Shown here: positions 29,327 to 40,561 of the stretch, in pieces
How positions within the stretch are numbered: position 1 is the first letter of the stretch
How the letters are laid out: each line of letters starts with the position of its first letter
Source of the DNA: an uncultured bacterium
GTDB taxonomy: Bacteria > Verrucomicrobiota > Verrucomicrobiia > Limisphaerales > UBA8199
DNA length: 64,000 nt
Direction: 5' to 3'
Assembly (NCBI GenBank): GCA_963749495.1
Contig: CAVVMW010000024.1
Coordinates: 192,001 to 256,000 of the forward strand
Program-made: the position numbers and the translations under genes
Notes under the pieces: model-generated
The model's input: only the letters and a program-made list of their open reading frames with translations
The model's database searches: none
Told to the model about the DNA's origin: nothing

Positions 29327-32300
29327 ATGAAAGCCGACCTCCTGACCTCCGCCCACCGCGCCACGCTCCTCTGCTGCCTCCTGCTCTCGAGCCTGGCCGC
29401 CCGGCCCGCCTCCGCCGCGGACCCGCTCGAACAAGGCTTCGCCACGCCGCCGGCGCAGGCGCGGCCGTGGGTCTATTGGTTCTGGCTCAATGGCAACATC
29501 TCCAGCAACGGCATCACGACCGACCTCGAAGCCATGCGCCGGGTCGGCATCGGCGGCGTGCTCATCATGGAGGTGGACCAAGGCGCCCCGGTCGGCCCGG
29601 CCGATTTCATGGGCCCCTCGTGGCGCGCCCTCTTCCAGCACGTCGCGAGCGAGGCCGGCCGCCTCGGGCTGGAAGTCAACATGAACAACGACGCGGGTTG
29701 GAACGGCAGCGGCGGTCCCTGGATCAAGCCCGAGCAATCCATGCAGAAGGTCGTCTTCACCGAGACGAACCTGGCCGGCCCCAGCCATTTCGATGGCGCC
29801 TTGCCCCAGCCGGAGACCGTCGCCGGCTTCTACCGCGACCTCGCGCTTGTGGCGTTTCCCACGCCGGGGAACTACCGGATTGCGCGCATTGACGCCAAGG
29901 CGGCCTACAAGACCGAGTTCATCGGCGGCATCCCCCGCGACAAATTGGCCTCCGAAATGGTCATCGAGCGCAGCCGCACGCTGACCTTGACTCCTCAACC
30001 GGATGCCCCGGGCCGCCTGGCTTGGGACGTGCCGCCCGGCCGCTGGACCGTCCTGCGCATCGGGCACACCAGCACCGGCGTCGAGAACGCCCCCGCGCCG
30101 AAGACCGGGCGCGGACTCGAATGCGACAAGCTCAGCCCCCAAGGCATCGAGGCCAATTTCGCCGGCATGATGGCCAGGTTGGCTGATGAGAACCGGGCCG
30201 GCGCCAAAGGCGGGCTGGTCGCCACGCACATTGACAGTTGGGAGAACGGTTCCCAGAACTGGACGCCCCGGATGCGCGAGGAATTTCAAAAGCGGCGTGG
30301 CTATGACCTTTGGCCGTTCCTGCCGGTCTTCAGCGGACGGGTGGTTGAGAGCCTGGAGGTCTCCGAGCGGTTCCTGTGGGACTTGCGCCAGACCGTATCG
30401 GAGTTGGTGATCGAGAATTACGCCGGGCGCATGCGCGAGTTGGCGCGGGCGCACTCGATGCGCTTCACGGTCGAGGCCTACGGCGGCCCCTGCGACGACA
30501 TCCCTTACGGCGGCCGCGCCGACGAGCCGATGGGCGAGTTCTGGAGCCCGAGCGGCGCGATGGAGACCTGCAAAGGGATGGCCGGCTGCGGCCACGTCTA
30601 TGGCAAGCGCATCGTCGGCGCCGAGGCATTCACCGCCGGCGACCAGGAGCGCTGGCGCGAGCATCCCGCCGCCATCAAGGCCCTGGGCGACCACGCCTTT
30701 TGCGAAGGCATCAACCGCTTTGTCTTTCATCGCTACGCCCTCCAGCCCTGGCCCCAGGAGCGGCGCCCCGGCATGACCATGGGGCCCTGGGGACAGCATT
30801 ATGAACGCACCGAAACCTGGTGGGATGAGACCCCCGCCTGGCACCAATACCTGGCGCGCTGCCAGTTCCTCCTCCGGCAGGGCCTCTACGCGGCGGACAT
30901 CTGCTACCTGCAGGCCGAAGCCCCGCCCCAGGGCTTCGGCGAGCATCCCCGCCGCGGCTATGACTGGGACGAGTGCGGCGCCGAGGTTGTCCTGACCCGA
31001 ATGTCGGTCAAAGAGGGCCGTTTGGTTCTGCCTGACGGCATGAGTTACCGCGTCCTGGTCCTGCCCCAAACCCCGACGATGACCCCGCCGTTGCTGCGGA
31101 AGATTGGGGACCTTGTCCAGGCCGGCGCCACCGTCATCGGCGCACCGCCTGTCCATTCCCCCAGCCTCAGCGGCTTCCCCCAATGCGATGAGCAGGTTAA
31201 AGAGCTCGCCTCCCAAATCTGGGGCGATTGCGACGGGAACGAAGTCACCGAGCGGCGCTTGGGCATGGGACGAGTCGTCTGGCAGGCCGAACCGGAGAAG
31301 GTCCTGCGCCAGTCCGGCGTTTCACCGGACTTGGTCAGCGGCCAGCCTCTGCGCCACATCCATCGCGCCCTGGGCGGCGCCGACCTCTATTTCGTGGCCA
31401 ACCCAGCGCCGCGCCGCGTGGCCACGACGGCGAGCTTCCGCATGAGCGGCAAGGCCCCCGAGTTGTGGTGGCCGGAGAGCGGCCTGCGGGAACCCGCCCC
31501 GATTTACCAGGAACGTGACGGCCTCACGACGGTCTGCCTCACCCTGGAGCCCAGCGGCTCGGTGTTTGTCATCTTCCGCAACCGGGCGGCCCGGTCGCAG
31601 CCCATTGAGAGCCTGGCCCGAGATGGCAAGCCGCTCTTCTCGGCTGTGCCCGAGCCCCTCCTCGAGTCCAGGTCCTCCGCGCCTCCTACGGCGTGCCCAA
31701 CGACCCCCAGCGCACCCGCGACGTGCGCGAAAAGGTCCAGCGCCTCCTCGAAGCCGGCGAATCCAGCTTCCGCGTCTCCGTCATGGCCGAGGGCGATGAC
31801 CCCGCGCCCAACGCACCCAAGACCCTCACGGCAGACTACTCCATCGACGGCAAGCAGTTCTCCGTCAAGGCCCAGGACGCGAGCATCATCCATTTCACGC
31901 CGGACACCTTGAAAATCACCGTCCAAAAGGCACGCTACGGCGTGCTCACCGACCCCCAGCGCACCCGCAACGTGCGGGACCGTGTCCAACGCCTGGTCGA
32001 TGCCGGCGAGAGCAGTTTCCAAGTCGCTCGCATGGCCGAGGGGGACGATCCGGCCTTCCTGGTGGTCAAGACCCTTGAGTTGGAGTTCACCCGGAACGGC
32101 GAGCACGTCTCCGTGTCCGGCACCGACCCGGAGACCATCGATCTCAAGCAGGCTGTCTTCGAATCCGCCCAGCGCGTGGTGGAAGTGCGTGGCGCCTCGC
32201 CCGGCCACGTGCGCCTGCTGGCCTTCGAGCCTGGCCGTTACCAGGCCCAGACGGCCGCCGGAAAGCGGGTCGAGCACAATCTCACCAGCTTGCCCGCGCC

Positions 32301-32865
32301 CGTGCAACTCGAAGGCCCCTGGCAGGTCGGGTTCGCCCCGAACCTGGGCGCCCCGCCGACAGCGACCTTTGACCGCCTGATGTCCTTGACCGACTCTCCT
32401 GAGCCCGGCGTGAAGTACTTTTCAGGCGCCGCCACCTACTACAAGACCTTCGGGCTGCCTTCCCAATTCCTCTCGAAGAGCAGGCGGATCTTCCTCGACC
32501 TGGGCCGCGTCGAGGTCATGGCACGCGTCAAACTCAACGGCAAGGACCTGGGCCTGCTCTGGAAGTCACCCTTCCGGCTCGACATCACCGAGGCTGTTAC
32601 GGGCGGGAAGAACCAACTCGACATCCGCGTCGTCAATCTCTGGCCCAATCGCCTCATCGGCGACGAGCAGTTGCCTGAAGACAGCCGCCGCCGGCCCGAC
32701 GGCACCCTGGAGGCCTGGCCCGATTGGCTCCTGGCAGGCAAACCCAGCCCCGCCGGACGCATTACGTTCACCTCCTGGCGTCTCTGGAAAAAGGCCGACC
32801 CGCTCCTCCCCTCCGGCCTCCTCGGCCCCGTCACGATAAGCGCGGCAGAACAAATCGAGCTATAA
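29327..32865 (+). CDS. Alpha-L-rhamnosidase (GH106-like), frameshift near 31665, with a duplicated small inserted domain
   Basis: ARPWVYWFWLNGN, GWNGSGGPW, HIDSWE, AEAFT, GINRFVFH, SGLLGPV; two YG...RTR.VR..VQRL..GDDPA units. Confidence 0.88.
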
Positions 32866-32912
32866 GCCCAAATCTGCTTGAAGCCTCATCAGCGCACTGT
32901 TAGTTTTGTGTC

Positions 32913-33227
32913 GTGAGAAACGGGAAGAAGCGCCCCCAGGCAGGTCTTGCCCGGCGGGTTGAACTGGGCCGGTTTATCGTAGCCGACCCTGCGATTTGCC
33001 ACGGCAAGCCCACGTTCAAGGGGACACGAATCATGGTGTGGCAGGTGCTGGATGACCTGGCGGATGGCCGGTCCTGGGACTTCATCTGCAACACCAGGTG
33101 GGGTGGGCGCATCCCGCTAGCGGCTGTGGCGGAAGCGGTCAGGCTTTCTCGCGAGGCCTGGCTCGACAAAGGCGGCGGCTTGCTGACCTCCAAATCCTCA
33201 CCGGAAGCCACGACTGTCGCGGCTTGA
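32913..33227 (+). CDS. DUF433 family antitoxin
   Basis: DPAICHGKPTFKGTRIMV..VLD.LA.G. Confidence 0.9.
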   Translation: MRNGKKRPQAGLARRVELGRFIVADPAICHGKPTFKGTRIMVWQVLDDLADGRSWDFICNTRWGGRIPLAAVAEAVRLSREAWLDKGGGLLTSKSSPEATTVAA

Positions 33228-33619
33228 ACCTCCTCGACGAGAACTTCCCGGACGACCAGCGCGCAGTGCTTCGTGCGTGGGGGATTGCGTTTCGGCAGAT
33301 CGGGCTTGACTTCAGCCACCGTGGGGTGAAGGACGAAAACATCGTGCCGCTCTTGCACCGGGAGCGGGACCTCACGTTCTTCACTCAAGACGAGGATTTC
33401 TTCCTCCGCAGGCTGTGCCACGCCGGCTACTGCCTGGTTTGGTTGGACGTGAGGGCTGACGACTTGGCGCAGTACACTCGCCGTTTCCTGCGACATCCGC
33501 GTTTCGACACTGCGGCCCACCGCCTGGGCATCGTAGCTCGTGCGCACCATGACGGCGTCCATTTTTGGCAGCGGAATCGGCCTACGCTCCAGTATGTCCG
33601 CTGGCCCTTGGCTCCGTAA
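33224..33619 (+). CDS. PIN-like (DUF5615/VapC45-type) toxin
   Basis: NLLDENFP, D..I, FFTQDEDF; TTG start overlaps antitoxin stop. Confidence 0.8.
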   Translation: MNLLDENFPDDQRAVLRAWGIAFRQIGLDFSHRGVKDENIVPLLHRERDLTFFTQDEDFFLRRLCHAGYCLVWLDVRADDLAQYTRRFLRHPRFDTAAHRLGIVARAHHDGVHFWQRNRPTLQYVRWPLAP

Positions 33620-33693
33620 GCGGACATAGCGGGAGCGGGATGCGGCGCAAAAGGCTGTCCCATTACGAATCCACCGCCTCTCACTGATTCTGC

Positions 33694-35658
33694 TCATTCC
33701 ATCCCCTCGAGCCGCGTCGCCGCCTGTTCCCACTCGCTATTAAGTTGGGCCAGGCGCTCCTGGAGGTCCAGGAGTTCCCGGTTGATCGAGACGGCGCGGC
33801 CCGGCTTTTCGTAGGTCTCGGGTTTCTCCAGTTCGGCAACCAGTTCGGTCTGGCGGGCCTCGGATTGATGGATCTCGTGTTCCAGGCGCTCGACGGCCTC
33901 CCGCCGGGCGCGGCGCTCGCGGTAGCGGGTCTGGCGCTGTTGGGCATCGAGGCGGCGCTGGTCCTTCCTGGAAAAGGCGCCCGAGCCGTCCTCGGAGTCT
34001 GCCGGCCTTTGAGCGGGGACCTGGGCCTGTCCGTTGCGGGCGCCGGCGGTCAGGCCGGCCCGCTCGGACTCCGCTTTGGTCTTGTCGAGGTAGTATTGGT
34101 AGCCGCCGGGATAGTGGGTGAGGCGTCCGGCATTGATGTGGACGACGTGGTTGGCCAGGGCGCGGATGAAATAAACGTCGTGGCTGATGAAGATGAGGGT
34201 GCCCTGGAACTGATCCAGGGCGAAAGCCAGGGCATCCACGCTCGACAGGTCCAGGTGGGTCGTCGGCTCGTCCATGAGCAGGAGGTTAGGCGGGTCCAGG
34301 AGCAGCTTGACCAGCGCCAGGCGGCTCTTCTCGCCGCCGCTGAGCATGCTGACGGGCTTGAAGACGTCGTCGCCCCGGAAGAGAAAGCAGCCCAGAAGGG
34401 TGCGCGTGAATTGCTCGCCCACCTCCTGCGGGGTATCCAGCGCCTCCTCGAGCACCGTCCGGTTGGGGGTGAGCATATCCACTCGATATTGGGAATAATA
34501 ACCGGCGTTGACGTTGTGGCCCAGCGCGCGCTGGCCCGCCTGCGGCGTGAGCAGGCCTGCCAGGAGCTTGAGCAGGGTGGACTTGCCCGCCCCGTTGGGC
34601 CCCACCAGCACGATGCGCTGGCCCCGCTCCGCCTGGAAGTCCATGCCGCGATAGACCACGTTGTCGCCGTAGGCCTGGTGGATGTTCTCCAGCTTGATGA
34701 CCCGCTGGCCGCTGCGCCGGGGCTGGGGGAATTGGAAATCGATCTTCTTCTCCTCGCCCGCCGGGGCCTCGATCCGCTCCATGCGCCCGATCTGCTTGAG
34801 CTTGCTCTGGGCCTGGGATGCCTTGGTGTTCTTGGCGCGAAACCGGTTGACGAACTCCATCAGGCGGGCGATCTCGCGTTCCTGGTGTTTGTAGGCGGCC
34901 AGGAGTTGCTGCTCGTTGGCCTCGCGCTGCTCCAGGTAATCGTCATACCCGCCCCGGTAGCGGATGAGCCGGCTCTGGCGGATTTCGACGATGCTGCCGA
35001 CAACCTGGTTGAGAAACTCGCGGTCGTGCGAGATGACCACGATGCCGCCCGGATAGGTCTTCAGGTATTGCTGGAACCAGAGCAGGGCGTCGAGGTCGAG
35101 GTGGTTGGTCGGCTCGTCCAGCAGGACTAGGTCCGGCTCCTGCGTCAGCAGCCGGCCCAGGTGCGCGCGCATGACCCACCCGCCGCTCATCTCGCGCACC
35201 GGCCGGTCGAAATCCCGCTCCCGGAAGCTCAGACCGGCGAGGATCTGCTTGGCCTTGGCCTCAAGCCGGTAGCCGCCCAGGTCGTTGAACCGGTCGTGAA
35301 CGTCGTCATGAATCTCTTCCGGGTGCAGGGCCTGGACCGGGTGATCGGCCTCCCATGCCTTGAGGATGCGGCGCAGCCTGGTGTATTCGGGCGTGATCGC
35401 CGTGGCCAATTCAACCACCGTCTCGTCCCCGGCCGGCATGTTCTCCTGCGGCAGATAGCCGATCGAGATGCCCCGCTCGACCGTGATCTCGCCCGCGTCC
35501 GCCGATTCCGCGCCAAGGATGATCGAGAACAGCGTCGTCTTGCCCGCCCCGTTCGGTCCTACCAGGCCGATCCGGTCCTGGCGATTGACCTGCAATGTGG
35601 CGTCGGCAAACAGGACCCGGTCCGCGTAGGCCTTGCGAATGCCCGACAAAGTCAACAT
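33694..35658 (-). CDS. ABC-F family ATPase (ribosome-associated, Uup/YheS-like)
   Basis: Two NBDs (GPNGAGKT, MSGGW, LDEPTNHLD; GPNGAGKS, LSGGEK), no TM segments, C-terminal coiled coil. Confidence 0.93.
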   Translation of the reverse strand: MLTLSGIRKAYADRVLFADATLQVNRQDRIGLVGPNGAGKTTLFSIILGAESADAGEITVERGISIGYLPQENMPAGDETVVELATAITPEYTRLRRILKAWEADHPVQALHPEEIHDDVHDRFNDLGGYRLEAKAKQILAGLSFRERDFDRPVREMSGGWVMRAHLGRLLTQEPDLVLLDEPTNHLDLDALLWFQQYLKTYPGGIVVISHDREFLNQVVGSIVEIRQSRLIRYRGGYDDYLEQREANEQQLLAAYKHQEREIARLMEFVNRFRAKNTKASQAQSKLKQIGRMERIEAPAGEEKKIDFQFPQPRRSGQRVIKLENIHQAYGDNVVYRGMDFQAERGQRIVLVGPNGAGKSTLLKLLAGLLTPQAGQRALGHNVNAGYYSQYRVDMLTPNRTVLEEALDTPQEVGEQFTRTLLGCFLFRGDDVFKPVSMLSGGEKSRLALVKLLLDPPNLLLMDEPTTHLDLSSVDALAFALDQFQGTLIFISHDVYFIRALANHVVHINAGRLTHYPGGYQYYLDKTKAESERAGLTAGARNGQAQVPAQRPADSEDGSGAFSRKDQRRLDAQQRQTRYRERRARREAVERLEHEIHQSEARQTELVAELEKPETYEKPGRAVSINRELLDLQERLAQLNSEWEQAATRLEGME

Positions 35659-35716
35659 GGCCCACTAGCTTAGCCCGAAGCCGGGGATTTTCCAGGCGCG
35701 AGTGCGGCGGGGACGG

Positions 35717-35872
35717 AATGACGAATGACGAATGACGAATGACGAATGACGAATGACGAATGACGAATGACGAATGACAAGTGCGGAGGGCAGTGAAGGG
35801 AGGAAGGAGGAAGGGAACTGCACCCTGCAGGGATTTCGTCATTCGTCATTCGTCATTCGTCATTCGTCATTC
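35717..35872. repeat. (ATGACGA)n ... (TCGTCAT)n inverted heptamer arrays
   Basis: About 9 copies then about 5 reverse-complement copies. Confidence 0.95.
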
Positions 35873-35887
35873 CGCCCTCCGGCGTCC

Positions 35888-36473
35888 TCACGCCGCCTCC
35901 CACTGCTCGCGCAGTAACTTCACAGCGGCGGAGATTGCCTTCTTGCGGTCGCCTTTGCAGCCGCATTCGAAGCTGACGAAATCCTGGTAGCCGATGAGCT
36001 TGAGGCCGCGGAAACCGTCCACGTAGTTGTCGTGGTCGTCTTCGCCGGGCATCAAAGGCGGGAACCATGATCATGCCCGTGGACTTGAGCGCCCCTGCGG
36101 CAGGGAAAATCTCCTTCAAAGTCTTGAGGGCCAGCCGCCGCTTCTCCTCGTCATCGGAGATGACCACGCCCTGGTAGCCGCCGCAAATCGCGCTGATCCG
36201 GATCTGGCGTCCTTGCAGCGCCTTTTGGAGTTCCTCGACCCGCTTGGCCAGACCGCCGCCGCCCGGCTCGAACCCCTCGAAGCCGTTGGCCTCCAGGAAA
36301 TCCAGCTTCTCGGACAGTGTCTTGCCCGGAGCCACGCCTTCCTGGCAGGAGAGGCGCAGACGCGCCTGCTGCGGCGGGTCCGGCAGCGTGAATGCCCTGG
36401 CGGCAGGCGCGACAGCGCCTGCAATTGTCGTGATAGCGGATGCGGCCAGGAAATCTCGGCGATTGAGTTTCAT
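35888..36473 (-). pseudogene. Tat-exported sugar-phosphate isomerase/epimerase with internal deletion and frame change at ~36053
   Basis: MKLNRRDFL...MIMVPAF joined out of frame to LMPGED...SFECGC...REQWEAA*; central catalytic E/D/H region absent. Confidence 0.8.
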
Positions 36474-36580
36474 AGTGTTCTCTGGCCCGGCATCCTGTTG
36501 GATGGGCCGCTCCCTGGCCAGAAGAATTTCGCCTCCGTTTCCTGGCGGGCGCTTCCTGTCGCTGCCTCCGGGATGCGGCC

Positions 36581-36935
36581 GTCCTCGGGCTGAAAGCCCG
36601 AAATGTGACAGCCTGGGCTGGAGTGAGCTTGCGAGCGGAGGCCCAGGTCACCGGGCCATAACTGCCGCGCGCCCTGCTAGGAATCCAGATGCGAACTGGC
36701 GCGGACCCGGTCGATGCCCCCGCATAAGGCCGCCCCTTCGTTTCCTTCGTTTCCTTCTGTTCTGTTCCTGTGCCCAGCCGGCGGGATGCAGGAAAAGAAC
36801 AGAAGGAAACTAAGGAAACGAAGGATCGAAGACCCAGATCGGCTCTGAGAGTTGCGATCTGGACGTCCGAGAAGAATTCTGTCTCACACCCTTCCGTCCC
36901 TTTTGTCCCTTTTGTCGCTTTTGTCCCTTGTCCCT
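36581..36935. repeat. Repeat cluster: GTCCTCGGGCTGAAAGCCC element, 9-mer palindrome (TTCCTTCGT/GAAGGAAAC), (TGTCCCTTT)n
   Basis: 9-mer motifs recur at 37825-37935 and 44509-44542. Confidence 0.8.
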
Positions 36936-36953
36936 TTCCACTAAACTCTGCCC

Positions 36954-37826
36954 ATGACCGTCTTGGAAGTGATTCAGCGCAGCGCACAGTTCCTGGCCGG
37001 CAAGGGCGTGGATTGTCCGCGGCTGCAGGCGGAGCTGCTGCTGGCGCACGTGCTTGGGCTTGCCCGCATGCAGTTGTACCTGAATTTCGAGCGCGTGCTC
37101 ACTCCCGCCGAAACCGAGGCCCTGCGCCAACTGGTCAAACGCCGGGGCGGTCGCGAGCCGCTGCAGCAGATCACCGGCTGCGCTTGCTTTTGCGGGTTCG
37201 ACATCGCCGTCAACCGGCACGTGCTGGTGCCGCGCCCGGAGACCGAGTTGCTGGCGGAACGGGGCTGGCGGTTTTTGCGCGAGCTTGCGGCCCGGGGCCA
37301 GGGCCCGGAGGCGGCGCCCGCCGCCCTGGATTTCGGCACCGGCAGCGGCTGCGTGGCGATTGCCCTGGCGGCCAACTGCCCGGAGGCTCGAGTCTATGGC
37401 GTGGACGTGTCCGCCGCCGCGCTGGACCTGGCCCGGCAAAACGCGGCGCGGCACGGCTTGGCCGAACGTCTGCGCTTCGAGCACGGAGACGGGCTGGGCT
37501 TCCTGCCGGCGGACTTTCGCGTACACCTGGTGGTCAGCAACCCGCCCTACATCCCCAGCGGCCAGATAGCGGGGCTGGCCCCCGAGGTGAGGGACTTCGA
37601 GCCGCGCCAGGCGCTGGATGGCGGCCCGGACGGGCTGGATTGCTACCGGCGCCTGGCGGCCGAGGCGGGGCGGCTCCTGCACCCCGGCGGCCGCCTGATG
37701 GCGGAGTTGGGCGATGACCAGGCAGCGCCCTTGCAGGCCCTCTTCCAATCGCACGACTGGAGAGTCGAAGCCATCGAGGATGACTACACCCAGCGACCGA
37801 GGATCCTGGTGGCGCGCCGGGAGTGA
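36954..37826 (+). CDS. prmC: Release factor glutamine methyltransferase
   Basis: REPLQQITG, VLVPRPETE, LDFGTGSG, VSNPPY, ALDGGPDGL. Confidence 0.95.
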   Translation: MTVLEVIQRSAQFLAGKGVDCPRLQAELLLAHVLGLARMQLYLNFERVLTPAETEALRQLVKRRGGREPLQQITGCACFCGFDIAVNRHVLVPRPETELLAERGWRFLRELAARGQGPEAAPAALDFGTGSGCVAIALAANCPEARVYGVDVSAAALDLARQNAARHGLAERLRFEHGDGLGFLPADFRVHLVVSNPPYIPSGQIAGLAPEVRDFEPRQALDGGPDGLDCYRRLAAEAGRLLHPGGRLMAELGDDQAAPLQALFQSHDWRVEAIEDDYTQRPRILVARRE

Positions 37827-37950
37827 ACAGAAGGAAATACTGAAACTGAACAGAAGGAAACGAAGGGAACGAAGAAGCCAAAACGCTGTCGCACCCACTG
37901 TCGCTTTTGTCGCTTTTGTCCCTCGTCCCTTGTCCCTCGGCCCTCAGGGC

Positions 37951-38170
37951 CACTGACAAAGTCGCTCGGTGCGCCCGTGCGGCGTAGCGCAGACTTCCAA
38001 GTCTGCTGTGTCGCGGGTTTCCAAACCCGCAGGCCGTCCGCAAACCGGGCGCGCTCGATATATCAACGCCCTGCCGATTTGGAAATCGGCGATACGGCAG
38101 GTTTGGAAACCTGCGCTACAACTTTGTCAACGGCCCTCCCCGCCGCTCGACACTCGACACTCGACACTCG
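37951..38170. repeat. Composite GTAG...CTAC element with TGACAAAGT/ACTTTGTCA flanks and CTCGACA tail
   Basis: Same architecture as 11462-11705. Confidence 0.85.
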
Positions 38171-38245
38171 CCCTGCGCGCCGGCATACTCTGGGAGCGAG
38201 GTCTGAGTGGCCGGGCGAGTCCGGCAGGACCTGCCGGATATTTGC

Positions 38246-39508
38246 ATGGATAGTTTGCTCATCAAAGGCGGAGTGCCGTTGCGTGGGGAGGTGCAGATCA
38301 GCGGCGCCAAGAATGCCGTGCTGCCGATCATGGCGGCAACGCTCCTGACGCGGGAACCGTGTGTCATCCGGCGTGTGCCCCACCTGAGCGATGTTCAGTT
38401 CATGGGCCAGATCCTCACATGGCTGGGCGCGGAGGTGTGCTTCGAGGGGGGCACCGTCCAGATCACGGCCAAACAGATTAAGGGGGCCGGGGACTACGAT
38501 TTGATTCGCAAGATGCGGGGCTCGATCTGCGTGATGGGGCCTTTGCTGGGGCGCTTGAGGGAGGCGACGGTGTCGCTGCCCGGGGGCTGTGTGATCGGCG
38601 CCCGCCCGATCAACCTGCACTTGAAAGGTCTTCAGGCCCTGGGCGCCAAGGTGGCGATTCGCGGCGGCTACGTCCGCCTCAGCGCCAAGCGCCTGATCGG
38701 CTCGGCCATGTTCCTGGGCGGGCGGGCGGGCCCGACGGTGCTGGGCACCGCCAACGTGATGATGGCCGCCACCCTGGCCGAAGGGGTGACGGTCATCGAG
38801 AGCGCGGCCTGCGAACCCGAGGTCGTGGACCTGGCGGCCTTTCTCAACGCCATGGGCGCCAGGATCTCGGGCGCCGGCAGCCCTACCGTCACCATCACCG
38901 GCGTCAAGGAACTGCACGGGGCCTGCCACGAAGTCATCCCCGACCGCATCGAGACGGCCACTTATGCCATTGCCGCCGCCGCCACCGGCGGCCACGTCAC
39001 CCTGCGCGGGGCCCGTCCCGACCATCTCCGCGCCGTCATCGACAAGCTCAACGATGCCGGCGTCCGCATCGATCGGACCGACTCCGAATTGACCGTGCGC
39101 CGCCCCGGCCGCCTCAAGGCGGTCGATATCACCACTCTGCCCTATGCCGGCTTCCCCACCAACGTCCAGGCCCAGATGATGGCGCTGATGGCCCTGACCC
39201 CGGGCATCAGCATCATCACCGAGCGCATCTTCGAATCCCGTTTCATGCACGTGAGCGAACTGGCCCGCCTGGGCGCCGATATTGAAATCGAGGGCCCAAG
39301 TGCGATTGTGAAGGGTGGCAGGCCCTTGACCGGCGCGCCGGTCATGGCCAGCGACCTGCGCGCCTCCGCCGCCCTGGTCATCGCGGGCCTGGCCGCCGGC
39401 GGCACCACGCTGGTCAACCGCGTCTATCATATCGACCGTGGCTATGAAAACATCGATGGCAAGCTGCGCCAGCTCGGCGCGCGCATCGAACGCATCGGGG
39501 AACCATGA
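38246..39508 (+). CDS. murA: UDP-N-acetylglucosamine 1-carboxyvinyltransferase
   Basis: ISGAKNAVLP, LPGGCVIGARP, PDRIE, SDLRASA, HIDRGYE. Confidence 0.97.
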   Translation: MDSLLIKGGVPLRGEVQISGAKNAVLPIMAATLLTREPCVIRRVPHLSDVQFMGQILTWLGAEVCFEGGTVQITAKQIKGAGDYDLIRKMRGSICVMGPLLGRLREATVSLPGGCVIGARPINLHLKGLQALGAKVAIRGGYVRLSAKRLIGSAMFLGGRAGPTVLGTANVMMAATLAEGVTVIESAACEPEVVDLAAFLNAMGARISGAGSPTVTITGVKELHGACHEVIPDRIETATYAIAAAATGGHVTLRGARPDHLRAVIDKLNDAGVRIDRTDSELTVRRPGRLKAVDITTLPYAGFPTNVQAQMMALMALTPGISIITERIFESRFMHVSELARLGADIEIEGPSAIVKGGRPLTGAPVMASDLRASAALVIAGLAAGGTTLVNRVYHIDRGYENIDGKLRQLGARIERIGEP

Positions 39509-39912
39509 CTAAAATCATCGCTGTCTTCATCATCGCGCTGTTCCTCTTCGGCGTGTACCACCTTGTCCTGTACTATGACAAGGTCCAGAACGAGAAAGAG
39601 GCCGACCAGCAGGCCGCCCGCTTCAAGCCCAAGGGGGGCGACCAACTGCCCGGCATGCCCTACCAGCTCGAGTCCTCCCTCCAAGCCGCCGAGCAGAACG
39701 GCGCTACCGGCCTGGGCAACTGGCTCAAGGTCTATGGCCCCAAAATCGAAGACCCCCGCAAGGCCTGGATCGAGCTCGATTATTGCGTCCTGCTGGCCCG
39801 GGACAATCCGGCCGAAGCCCGGCGCATCTTTGGCGAGGTCAAACAACGCACCCCGCCCTCCTCGCCCCTCCTCGGGCCCCGCATCAAGGAACTGGCCAAA
39901 ACCTACGAATAA
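39505..39912 (+). CDS. Hypothetical membrane-anchored protein
   Basis: N-terminal TM helix, overlaps murA stop, host-like codon use. Confidence 0.7.
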   Translation: MTKIIAVFIIALFLFGVYHLVLYYDKVQNEKEADQQAARFKPKGGDQLPGMPYQLESSLQAAEQNGATGLGNWLKVYGPKIEDPRKAWIELDYCVLLARDNPAEARRIFGEVKQRTPPSSPLLGPRIKELAKTYE

Positions 39913-39996
39913 AGCGCAAACTCGCCGACTTTCTTCTGGCCATCCGCCGGATAAACCGCTATCCTCGCCCCACAGTTCCCTAACGAAAGACCGCTT

Positions 39997-40515
39997 ATGG
40001 ATGTCATCTTCAATTGTCCAAAATGCGAACAGGAGCTGGCTGTCGACAGCACTGGCGCCGGCACCGAGATCAACTGCCCCGCTTGCGGGGAGGCCATTAC
40101 CATCCCCGAGCCGGAAACAGTGGTTCCCCGGTCCGGTGTCGAGGCCGAGGCGGGCGCCCCGCGCATCGAACCGCACACGGTCAGCCCGATCGCCTCCTCG
40201 GCGGCCGCCAAGGTCGAGAGACACTTGCGCGTCCCCAGCAACAAGGCCCCCGAGAGCCTCATCACCAAGCCTTTGGCCACGCTGGAAACCGCCGCCCCGA
40301 AGGACGGCGAGAAAACGATCCACATCCGGACCATCCGGCACACCGACTGCATCGAGGTCGGCCACGACAAGTTCGACGAGATTTTGACCAAGTTCCTCGG
40401 GCAGGTCGGCGAGGCCAGCATCATCAGCATCAATACCTTCAGCTACACCTACCTGGACATCGGCACGCAGAAGCTCCTGACCGACTTCGGCCTGCTCGTC
40501 GTCTATCGCGGGTAG
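39997..40515 (+). CDS. Zinc-ribbon domain hypothetical protein
   Basis: FNCPKC...INCPAC. Confidence 0.75.
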   Translation: MDVIFNCPKCEQELAVDSTGAGTEINCPACGEAITIPEPETVVPRSGVEAEAGAPRIEPHTVSPIASSAAAKVERHLRVPSNKAPESLITKPLATLETAAPKDGEKTIHIRTIRHTDCIEVGHDKFDEILTKFLGQVGEASIISINTFSYTYLDIGTQKLLTDFGLLVVYRG

Positions 40516-40526
40516 GTCCCGGTTCC

Positions 40527-40555
40527 TTGACTTGCCTGCCATACCTCGCTACCGT
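40527..40555 (+). promoter_or_regulatory. Sigma70-like promoter giving a probable leaderless transcript
   Basis: TTGACT-17 nt-TACCGT, then 6 nt to ATG 40562. Confidence 0.6.
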
Positions 40556-40561
40556 GGGCGC

